Shown here in pieces: positions 19,298-26,498 of a stretch of 38,028 bases of DNA (positions within the stretch are counted from its first letter, which is position 1; the number at the start of each line of letters is the position of its first letter). The position numbers and the translations under genes were made by a program. This DNA comes from a virus (taxonomy: Duplodnaviria > Caudoviricetes), in the IMG/VR virus record IMGVR_UViG_3300034082_000527, positions 1 to 38,028 of that record, one strand, 5' to 3'. The notes under the pieces are model-generated. The model did not search any database. It was not told the origin of the DNA and saw only the letters and a list, made by a program, of their open reading frames with translations.

Positions 19298-20635
19298 ATG
19301 AATATTGAAAAGTCTTTGTGGACTAGCCATGGCAACGACATTAGCTTGTCTGTTCCTTTTACAAAAGTCAACCGTGAAAAAAGAACTGTCTCTGGATTTG
19401 CAACACTAGACAATATCGATCAAACAAATGACGTTGTAACAGCAGAAGCAAGCATAAAAGCATTTGAAAGTTTCCGTGGAAACATTCGTGAGATGCACGG
19501 ATCCCTTGCAGTTGGCAAGATGGTTTCTTTTAAGCCAGAAACTTTTTACGACCCAGCAACTAAAGAATTTTATAACGGAGTTTATGTAACAGCATACATT
19601 TCAAAGGGCGCACAAGATAGCTGGGAGAAAGTTCTAGACGGAACTCTTTCAGGATTCTCAATCGGCGGGAAGATTAAAGAATCAGATAATGAAGTCAATA
19701 AGTCCACAGGTAAGACTGTAAGATTTATTAAGGACTACGAATTGATGGAACTATCAATTGTAGATTCTCCAGCAAATGAGCTTTGCAACATTCTTTCTAT
19801 TCAGAAAGTAAATGGACAATACATTGCAAAGGGTATAGCAGTAGATGTTGTAACCGAAAATATTTTTTACTGTGAAGACAGTAACTCTGTTTTTATCTCA
19901 ACAGAGAAGACGTATGACTCACCAGTATCTGGTAAGCCAGCACAACTAATTGGTTGGGTTGAGAGTTCAGATGTTAACAAAGCAAAAGAGATTGATAAGA
20001 TTCTTGATGCGTACAAGCATTCAAGATTTACGTTGCCTGATACACAAAAAATTGCAAAACAGGCAAACGCAGAAGGAGGTAATGAAATGTCAGATAACAC
20101 AGAAAACGTAGTTGCTGAAGTTGTTGCAGAAGATGCAGCAGTTGAAGTAGCCGTTGAAGAGACAGCAGTTGTTGCAGAAGATGCAGCTCCAGTTGAGGCT
20201 CCTGCAGAAGATGCAGTAGTAGAAGACGTTCCTGCCGATACTCTGGAAAAAGCAGCCGAAGTATCAGAAGATAAGGTTGATGAACCTGATTTTGCGAAGA
20301 TGTTAGGCGATCTAAAAGGCTTTTTCTCAGAAACTCTAAACAAGGCATCTGAAGCAAATGCAGTGCAAGTAACAACAATCCAAGAGACTGTTGAAGCTTT
20401 CAGCAAGAGCGTAGATGCTAGAATTTCAGAGTTGGCAGAACAACACACAGTACTTTCAAGTGCTGTAAATGATATCAAGAGCACGATTGATGGTGTACAA
20501 AAGCGTGTCGACGCAGTAGAATCAGAGACTGCAATTAAGAAGTCTTCAGATCTTGGCCGATCAGAAGAAGTAACAATCAAAAAATCCAAATGGAACGGTT
20601 CTTTCCTCGGTTCCGTGAACGAAATATTTAACTAA
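19298..20635 (+). CDS. HK97-family prohead (capsid maturation) protease fused to acidic scaffold
   Basis: RTVSGFAT...D...D, REMHG (His), LSGFSIGG (Ser), ELSIVDSPAN motifs. C-terminal Glu/Ala/Val-rich linker and coiled-coil-like region. Confidence 0.9.
   Translation: MNIEKSLWTSHGNDISLSVPFTKVNREKRTVSGFATLDNIDQTNDVVTAEASIKAFESFRGNIREMHGSLAVGKMVSFKPETFYDPATKEFYNGVYVTAYISKGAQDSWEKVLDGTLSGFSIGGKIKESDNEVNKSTGKTVRFIKDYELMELSIVDSPANELCNILSIQKVNGQYIAKGIAVDVVTENIFYCEDSNSVFISTEKTYDSPVSGKPAQLIGWVESSDVNKAKEIDKILDAYKHSRFTLPDTQKIAKQANAEGGNEMSDNTENVVAEVVAEDAAVEVAVEETAVVAEDAAPVEAPAEDAVVEDVPADTLEKAAEVSEDKVDEPDFAKMLGDLKGFFSETLNKASEANAVQVTTIQETVEAFSKSVDARISELAEQHTVLSSAVNDIKSTIDGVQKRVDAVESETAIKKSSDLGRSEEVTIKKSKWNGSFLGSVNEIFN
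20087..20635 (+). CDS. Nested in-frame scaffold protein (182 aa) from an internal start
   Basis: Consensus SD AGGAGGT at 20074-20080, 6 nt before in-frame ATG 20087 (Met264), exactly where the acidic region begins. Confidence 0.7.
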   Translation: MSDNTENVVAEVVAEDAAVEVAVEETAVVAEDAAPVEAPAEDAVVEDVPADTLEKAAEVSEDKVDEPDFAKMLGDLKGFFSETLNKASEANAVQVTTIQETVEAFSKSVDARISELAEQHTVLSSAVNDIKSTIDGVQKRVDAVESETAIKKSSDLGRSEEVTIKKSKWNGSFLGSVNEIFN

Positions 20636-20648
20636 GGTAGGTATAAAA

Positions 20649-21698
20649 ATGAGCAATGAAACATTAGAAAAAGCAATTGCTTCTGGAACAACAGCAACAG
20701 CTGGCATGAATGGTGGTTCTATCACAGGAACTGGCGTACACGTTGGCGCATCAGAAACTGGTGGATTGCTAAACCCAGAACAATCAGCTCGCTTCCTTGA
20801 CTATATGTTCGACGCAACCGTAATTGGCAAAGTCGCACGTACAGTTCGTATGAAGTCAGACACAGCCGAGATTGATCGTATGTCCGTTGGTGAGAAGCTT
20901 ATGAAGCTTGCAACCGAAGGAGATAATGACGCTGCAAACAGTGGCGTAACTTTCTCAAAGATTTCTCTAACAACAAAGAAACTCCGCATGGACTGGGAGC
21001 TTTCAACTGAGTCTCTAGAAGACAACATCGAAGGTGCAGATCTAGAAGATCACATTGCACGTTTGATGGCGACACAAGCAGGAAATGACATCGAAGATGT
21101 TATTCTTAACGGTGACACATCGCTTTCTTCAGACGCTCTTTACAAGTCATTTGATGGCGTTGTAAAGAAGGCAAAGGCATCAGGTCGTGTCGTAGACGCA
21201 GCTGGTGCTGAAGTTTCTCGTGAAGTATTCAACAAGGCACTTAAGGCTATGCCACGTAAGTACAAGCAACGTCGTGCAGACCTTCGCTTCCTTGCTGGAT
21301 CAAACTTGATTCAGGACTTCCTATACAAGAACAGTATTGGAACAAATCAGACAATTCCACAGGACATCGCTTCAAGCGTAATCCGTGGCGGAGTCGCACC
21401 ACTAGGTGGACCTGCAGGATATGTAGCACCATTCGCATTCGGTATTCCGATCATCGAAGTTCCGCTACTTGCAGAAGCACAGACTGGTACACACTCAGGA
21501 GCTACAGGTTCACACGGAGATATCCACTTGTCATTCCCAAATAACGTTGTTATTGGAATCAAGCGTGATGTAACTGTTTACCGTTTCTTCTGGCCACGTA
21601 AGGACTCAATTGAGTACACAATGTATACTCGTGTTGGCGTCCAGATCGAACAAGCAGATGCTTGGGTTGTCGTAAAGAACGTTAAGGTTGCTTCTTAA
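20649..21698 (+). CDS. Major capsid protein (HK97 fold)
   Basis: 349 aa after protease/scaffold. GGLLNPEQSARFL, ELSTESLEDNIEG, ILNGD, FDGVVK, GIPIIEVP motifs. Strong codon bias and a downstream terminator. Confidence 0.92.
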   Translation: MSNETLEKAIASGTTATAGMNGGSITGTGVHVGASETGGLLNPEQSARFLDYMFDATVIGKVARTVRMKSDTAEIDRMSVGEKLMKLATEGDNDAANSGVTFSKISLTTKKLRMDWELSTESLEDNIEGADLEDHIARLMATQAGNDIEDVILNGDTSLSSDALYKSFDGVVKKAKASGRVVDAAGAEVSREVFNKALKAMPRKYKQRRADLRFLAGSNLIQDFLYKNSIGTNQTIPQDIASSVIRGGVAPLGGPAGYVAPFAFGIPIIEVPLLAEAQTGTHSGATGSHGDIHLSFPNNVVIGIKRDVTVYRFFWPRKDSIEYTMYTRVGVQIEQADAWVVVKNVKVAS

Positions 21699-21719
21699 TT
21701 AATTAAGAAAAAGCCCCAG

Positions 21720-21755
21720 AAAGGCCCCCAATTAATTTTGGGGGCTTTTCATTTT
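21720..21755 (+). terminator. Rho-independent terminator after capsid gene
   Basis: Stem GCCCCCAA (21724-21731) / TTGGGGGC (21738-21745), loop TTAATT, followed by TTTTCATTTT. Confidence 0.85.
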
Positions 21756-21774
21756 AATTTAACAATGCTATAAT
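21746..21774 (+). promoter_or_regulatory. Extended -10 promoter restarting transcription after the capsid terminator
   Basis: TGCTATAAT at 21766-21774, weak -35 TTTTCA at 17 nt, SD AAGGAG before ATG 21800. Confidence 0.6.
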
Positions 21775-21799
21775 TGAAGAACCTAACAAAGGAGAATAT

Positions 21800-22207
21800 A
21801 TGTCATTTGAGACATTGAAGGTAGCAGAACTCAGAAAAGTTGCAGAGGACTTTGCAGTTGACACTGATGGACTAAAGAACAAGGCAGATATTGTTGCCGC
21901 TCTTGCCGAAGAGGGAGTAACATGGTCTGTATATCAAAAGACTATTAAAGATATTGAAAAGGCAGAAGATGAGTTTAGTGAAGAGGCAGAAGAAATTCTT
22001 CCAAGATTCAACCCTAATGCTCAGCCAGAAAACACGGTTCTAGTTAGAATGACTAGAGAGAATTACAGATATGATATTATCGGTTTTACATTCACCAAAG
22101 AGCATCCTTTTGTTGCAATGACAGAAGATGACGCTCAAGAAATTTTTGACAAGGAGGAGGGTTTCCGCTTAGCAACTCCAAAGGAAGTTCAGGAGTACTA
22201 CGCTTAA
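21800..22207 (+). CDS. Protein with N-terminal Rho-N/HeH-like helical motif
   Basis: LKVAELRKVAEDFAV...KNKADIVAAL fits the Rho termination factor N-terminal/HeH pattern. Acidic C-terminal domain of unknown function. Confidence 0.6.
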   Translation: MSFETLKVAELRKVAEDFAVDTDGLKNKADIVAALAEEGVTWSVYQKTIKDIEKAEDEFSEEAEEILPRFNPNAQPENTVLVRMTRENYRYDIIGFTFTKEHPFVAMTEDDAQEIFDKEEGFRLATPKEVQEYYA

Positions 22208-22217
22208 CCTTTATTAA

Positions 22218-23198
22218 ATGGAAATTCTAGTAAATTCAAATTCAGCAATAACGCACAAAGTATTTTGGCAGGGGCAGCTAACAGATGCAGATAGTTTGCC
22301 AGTTGTTAAGGTCTATGATATTACAGAAGATCCAGCAATAACTCCAGCAATAAATCCAGGAACAGTTTTAGCAACATTAGTTCCAGTGAAATCGGAAACA
22401 GACGCAGGCACATACAGCGTATATTTACCATTTGATTATAGTAATAGACAAAAGCAATTAAGGGTAACTTGGACATATCAAGTAAATGGATTAAATGCAA
22501 ATAAAGAGCATAAAGTTTATGTGCAAACTCCATATACTGATATGAGCCAAGCAATAGAATATTTAGGGTTGGGGTCAGATTACTCTGACCCCAATTCAAA
22601 GTCATATGCTGAATTATGCAGTGCTGAAAGATACGCTAGAAAATTAATTGAGTCTTATACTGATCAACAATTTTATTTGTACGATGATGTAAAAATAGTT
22701 TACGGGTCTGGCTCAGACACATTGCCACTTCCAGAAAAAATATTTCAACTACACGAGTTATATCAAAATGATATAATCCTTTTAAATACAATTAGTGGTC
22801 TAGATAACTGGAACTATGACACAATTATTTCAGAAAGCGGATTTGGGATAAGAGTAAATAGAGCAAATATGTTGGACAATACTGTTTACGTAGCTAATGG
22901 AATGATACCTCCATCAGTTAATGACACCTGGGGTGGAGCATTTGCTTCAGGCTCAATCTATCGTGTTGCAGGTAAATTTGGATGGGAAGACGTGCCTGAT
23001 GATGTCGAGCTTGCATGTGTTGAATTAATGAAAGATTATTTCTCCAAAGATAAAGTTTGGCGCAACAAGTACATGAAGTCTATTAAAACATTCGACTGGC
23101 AATTTGAATACAACTCAGCTACTTATGCAGGAACTGGAAATCTTTATGCAGACCAATTGCTATCCTCTTATGTTATAAATAAGATGGTTGTTATATAA
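22218..23198 (+). CDS. Head-tail adaptor (SPP1 gp15-like) with N-terminal Ig-like extension
   Basis: A...IESYT and GKFGWEDVPDDVELACVEL motifs typical of adaptors. Synteny after capsid. Confidence 0.7.
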   Translation: MEILVNSNSAITHKVFWQGQLTDADSLPVVKVYDITEDPAITPAINPGTVLATLVPVKSETDAGTYSVYLPFDYSNRQKQLRVTWTYQVNGLNANKEHKVYVQTPYTDMSQAIEYLGLGSDYSDPNSKSYAELCSAERYARKLIESYTDQQFYLYDDVKIVYGSGSDTLPLPEKIFQLHELYQNDIILLNTISGLDNWNYDTIISESGFGIRVNRANMLDNTVYVANGMIPPSVNDTWGGAFASGSIYRVAGKFGWEDVPDDVELACVELMKDYFSKDKVWRNKYMKSIKTFDWQFEYNSATYAGTGNLYADQLLSSYVINKMVVI

Positions 23199-23626
23199 TG
23201 TATGATCTTGTTGACTCTGTTATGTCTATGTTTATGGATGTCTACAAGCCTTTTGATTTACAGGATGAAGATACAGGCTCAATAAAAAAAGACTGGCAAT
23301 ATGATAGAACTGTTCCTTGCAGCGCAAAAGGAATTATTAGCAACTCTTCTTCAAGCAGGACAGGCGACAGACAGATAATGTCTAATAAATATACCAATGA
23401 TCAAATATTACAAATTAGAACATCAGAGAAAATAACATTAAGAGAAAAAATAACTAATATCAGAGACTCTGAAGGTAATGTAATTTGGGAAGAACTTAAT
23501 TTCCCCACTAACACGCCTACCGTTTTTGAATTAATGGGCACTACTCCAATGACAGATCCTTTGGGTGGAGTAATTGGATATAACTCTACTGTAAAGAGAT
23601 CGGAAAGTCAGACAATTGGACAATAG
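23198..23626 (+). CDS. Putative head closure/stopper protein
   Basis: 142 aa, TAATG-coupled to adaptor. QDEDTGSIKKDW N-terminal hairpin pattern. Mainly synteny. Confidence 0.55.
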   Translation: MYDLVDSVMSMFMDVYKPFDLQDEDTGSIKKDWQYDRTVPCSAKGIISNSSSSRTGDRQIMSNKYTNDQILQIRTSEKITLREKITNIRDSEGNVIWEELNFPTNTPTVFELMGTTPMTDPLGGVIGYNSTVKRSESQTIGQ

Positions 23627-24398
23627 CACACTACTAGTCACCGCCGCCAGTGGGTTACAAAAAGGTATGGCTGGAACTCGTGGTACAGTTTTAAAGGATA
23701 GTACGGTTGCACAAATATCTGCAGCAGTGTATTATCAAGCTCAGGTTGTGTCAAAAATAACAACCAATAAACAATTTCAGGCTAAATTTCAATCAGTCAT
23801 ATTTAAACAACTAGATCAAGACTTTGGTCTGTATTTAGACTCTCAGGCTAGGATGAATCCTAAATCCCTACACCATATGTATGAGTGGAAGAGAACTGGA
23901 AATGCAGGATCTAGATTATTTAAACTAAATGCAATGGAAGCCACGGGGTTATCTTTTAAAATTTCTTCAGTATTCTTGCCATCTAAATCATCTGTTCCAA
24001 ATAATTTTAGTAAAAAGAGACACGTGTTTACTAATAAAGCATCTATCATGGAAGCTGGAATGCCCCTAACAATTAGCCCAAGGTCAGCAGAGCGCTTAGT
24101 ATTTGAAACTAGTACTGGAGTAGTATATATGCCTAAAGGGGCTTCTGTGACCGTTACAAAGCCAGGCGGAGGCAAAGCAACAGGAAGATTCCAAATAGCA
24201 TATGCAAGATTCTTTACTGGTAACCTTGTAAACCTATCAATCAAAAAATCAGGATTTCAACAACTATTTAATTCATCTTTAACTAAGGCAATGAAGTTGC
24301 CTTCTGATGTAAGAAAAGTTAAATATTCTTTTACCCCTAATACATTAAATATGCAGGCAGAATCAGCAATTGCTGCAGCATTCGGAGGTGCTCTATGA
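23616..24398 (+). CDS. Basic neck/tail-completion region protein
   Basis: TTG start, Lys-rich 260 aa between stopper and tail terminator positions. Synteny only. Confidence 0.5.
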   Translation: MDNSTLLVTAASGLQKGMAGTRGTVLKDSTVAQISAAVYYQAQVVSKITTNKQFQAKFQSVIFKQLDQDFGLYLDSQARMNPKSLHHMYEWKRTGNAGSRLFKLNAMEATGLSFKISSVFLPSKSSVPNNFSKKRHVFTNKASIMEAGMPLTISPRSAERLVFETSTGVVYMPKGASVTVTKPGGGKATGRFQIAYARFFTGNLVNLSIKKSGFQQLFNSSLTKAMKLPSDVRKVKYSFTPNTLNMQAESAIAAAFGGAL

Positions 24399-24907
24399 CA
24401 ATAGATTACAAAGCAGACATCATGATTGATTTAAGAAAGTATCTCTGGGATCAATTAGAGCAAAATAACATATTTACATCAACAGACTATTACTCAGATA
24501 ATGTCGGACAAGAGATTGTTCCAATCATTCCAGTTCAGCAGTCTCCAGAAATGAACCAATTTTTGAGCGGGAAGAAGCACATAGTCTACGATAAGATAGG
24601 AATGTCTTATGAGGATAACTGGGCAATATGCTGTGAGCAGATACTATTTACCATATATTCAACAGATGTTTCAGAGATCAATGAGATTAGAAATATGATG
24701 ACCGACCTATTTAGAAGAATGGATGAGTCAGCTAGGGATACCAACAGGTTTTCTGGCATATCTCAAAAGTTTAAATTCTTTAGTATATTTATTGCTGATA
24801 TATCCCCAACAGCCCCATCTGAAGAATTGGCAGGGTTCCTATCCTCAGATGTTATACTTGAGGTCAAATACGCAAGACATACAGATATTGCAGGTAGGTT
24901 TCTATAA
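24395..24907 (+). CDS. Putative tail terminator protein
   Basis: Acidic 170 aa immediately before the major tail gene, ATGA overlap. Synteny. Confidence 0.55.
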   Translation: MTIDYKADIMIDLRKYLWDQLEQNNIFTSTDYYSDNVGQEIVPIIPVQQSPEMNQFLSGKKHIVYDKIGMSYEDNWAICCEQILFTIYSTDVSEINEIRNMMTDLFRRMDESARDTNRFSGISQKFKFFSIFIADISPTAPSEELAGFLSSDVILEVKYARHTDIAGRFL

Positions 24908-24908
24908 T

Positions 24909-24937
24909 TTGCCTTTGGGCGCATTATACTCTATTAT
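24909..24937 (+). promoter_or_regulatory. Sigma70/SigA-type promoter for major tail gene
   Basis: TTGCCT (24909-24914), 17 nt, TATTAT (24932-24937). Same TTGCCTTT -35 region as the protease-capsid promoter. Confidence 0.55.
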
Positions 24938-25024
24938 TATACATAGAGGGAAGGGCCTAGCCAGCCAAGATTTAATGATTTACAACAATATATATATATT
25001 TTTATAAACAGGAGGTAACAAAAA

Positions 25025-25720
25025 ATGGCATTTAACTCAGCCAAAAATATTCTCGTTGGAGCATCACCACTTTACATTTCGAATTCCGATTCAACTGTAA
25101 CAGGTTATGTAGAAAACACCGAGCCAGGAATTCTTAGAACAGCAACTGGATCATCAGGTGCCAACAAAGACGGAGTTCCAGCTTTTCAAGCAACTCTTCC
25201 ATATCGTACTACACTTGATGCAGCACAAGCAACAGCAGGAAACGCTTACCGTAACGTAGGGTTTACAAACAATGGTCTTCAGATCACTTACAACCCAACT
25301 TACGATTCAGTAACCGTTGATCAGCTACTTGACACAGCAAAACTTTTCAAGTCTGCAATGGAAGTTATGATTGCAACAGAACTATCAGAAGGAACACTAG
25401 AAAATATTCTAGTTGTTTTCGGACAAGGACAAGCAACTCTTACAAATACAGGTAAGACACTTGGACTTGAAGCAGGTTCTCTTGGCGTACAGCCAACAGA
25501 GCGTCAACTAGTAGCTGTTGGACAAGCTCCAACAGTTGATTCAGCTACATCAGAGCGTATTTATTATGCACGTCGTGTATTGTCTGTACAACAGTCACAA
25601 TTCTCACTTGCACGTAATACTCCAACTTCATTCCCAGTAACATTCCGTCTGCTTCCAGACGCAGGTTACACAGGCTCAGAATACGGTAAGATTATTGACC
25701 GTACCTGGACACCAGCTTAA
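25025..25720 (+). CDS. Major tail (tube) protein
   Basis: SD AGGAGGT. NILVGASPLY, VGFTNNGLQITYNP...VDQ, TELSEGTLENI, FPVTFRLL motifs typical of siphovirus tube proteins. High-expression codon bias. Precedes chaperone and TMP. Confidence 0.85.
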   Translation: MAFNSAKNILVGASPLYISNSDSTVTGYVENTEPGILRTATGSSGANKDGVPAFQATLPYRTTLDAAQATAGNAYRNVGFTNNGLQITYNPTYDSVTVDQLLDTAKLFKSAMEVMIATELSEGTLENILVVFGQGQATLTNTGKTLGLEAGSLGVQPTERQLVAVGQAPTVDSATSERIYYARRVLSVQQSQFSLARNTPTSFPVTFRLLPDAGYTGSEYGKIIDRTWTPA

Positions 25721-25731
25721 TTAATTTAAGT

Positions 25732-25766
25732 CAATAAAGCCCCCATTTATGGGGGCTTTATTGTTG
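25732..25766 (+). terminator. Rho-independent (possibly bidirectional) terminator after major tail gene
   Basis: Perfect 14-bp inverted repeat CAATAAAGCCCCCA (25732-25745) / TGGGGGCTTTATTG (25750-25763) with a 4-nt loop. Confidence 0.85.
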
Positions 25767-25792
25767 TGCTGGTAAATGCTTTATGTTATAAT
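25764..25792 (+). promoter_or_regulatory. Extended -10 promoter for chaperone-TMP operon
   Basis: TTGTGC (25764-25769), 17 nt, TATAAT (25787-25792) preceded by TG. SD AGGAGG before TTG 25820. Confidence 0.6.
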
Positions 25793-25819
25793 AATTAAGA
25801 CGATCCTAGGAGGATTAAA

Positions 25820-26152
25820 TTGGCAACTACGGTATATAGTGTAGAAGAGATTACACTGCAAGACGGCTCAACGGTTAAGCTAAAGCCACTAAGCATTAAA
25901 GAGCTTAGGGAATTTATGGTAGCACTACAAGGTGCTGCAGACTCAACAACAGAAACAGAAACACTAAACGTGTTAATTGATGCAGTAGCGGTAGCATTAA
26001 AAAAGCAGCTACCAGAATTAGTAGCAGACAGAGATGCGCTAGAAGACGCACTTGATGTTCCTACAATAAATCGCATTCTAGAAGTTTGCGGTGGAATTAA
26101 GATGGATGACCCAAACCTACTAGCGGCAGCGGTTCTGGCTGGACAGAACTAG
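25820..26152 (+). CDS. Tail assembly chaperone (lambda gpG equivalent)
   Basis: 110 aa acidic ORF between tube and TMP genes, with SD and a slippery site near its 3' end. Confidence 0.8.
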   Translation: MATTVYSVEEITLQDGSTVKLKPLSIKELREFMVALQGAADSTTETETLNVLIDAVAVALKKQLPELVADRDALEDALDVPTINRILEVCGGIKMDDPNLLAAAVLAGQN

Positions 26153-26163
26153 ACTTAGCCGCT
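26110..26163 (+). other. Programmed -1 ribosomal frameshift signal
   Basis: In-frame X XXY YYZ heptamer C CCA AAC (26110-26116). The -1 frame is open from 26110 to 26487. Nested stem-loop 5 nt downstream (AGCGGC/GCCGCT, GGTTCTG/CAGAACT). Confidence 0.8.
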
Positions 26164-26487
26164 TTAGAGGGTGAAGTATTTCTTTTAGGAAACTGGAGGA
26201 ACTACGAAGAACTAGAAGAAAATCTTTCAATGCCAGAGTTAATCCAAACATTGAAATCTTTTAAGAAGCAAAAGTCGGAAGACAGAAAGTTTACGGCAAG
26301 TCTTAAAGGAATAGAACTAGATATTGATGAAGATGAAGAAGTGCAAGAAGGCAAAACCTTTGAAGATATTCAAAGAAAAGCATTAGGTATTAATGCATCA
26401 GGTGATGATATACTTTCATTACAAGGTTCATTAGCAGCAAATGCAGGATTTGGAATCGGAGCTGGTTTAGGTTATTCAAAGGAGTAA
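26116..26487 (+). CDS. Frameshift extension of tail assembly chaperone (gpT equivalent; fusion about 222 aa from 25820)
   Basis: The -1 frame reads PTSGSGSGWTELDLAALEGEVFLLGNWRNYEELEENLS then continues into the 26230 ORF. No good SD at 26230. Confidence 0.75.
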   Translation, partial: PTSGSGSGWTELDLAALEGEVFLLGNWRNYEELEENLSMPELIQTLKSFKKQKSEDRKFTASLKGIELDIDEDEEVQEGKTFEDIQRKALGINASGDDILSLQGSLAANAGFGIGAGLGYSKE

Positions 26488-26498
26488 TATAAAGATAA

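Noticed and set aside
19867-20589. 240-aa antisense ORF over the scaffold
   Set aside because: Mirror of low-complexity Glu/Ala/Val codons. All supported genes are on the plus strand.
24723-25007. 94-aa ORF spanning the tail terminator end and the tube leader
   Set aside because: Overlaps a real gene out of frame, crosses a promoter and an AT run, and has no recognisable motif.
26230-26487. Independent 85-aa gene
   Set aside because: Better explained as the distal part of the -1 frameshift product, since the frame is open from 26110.
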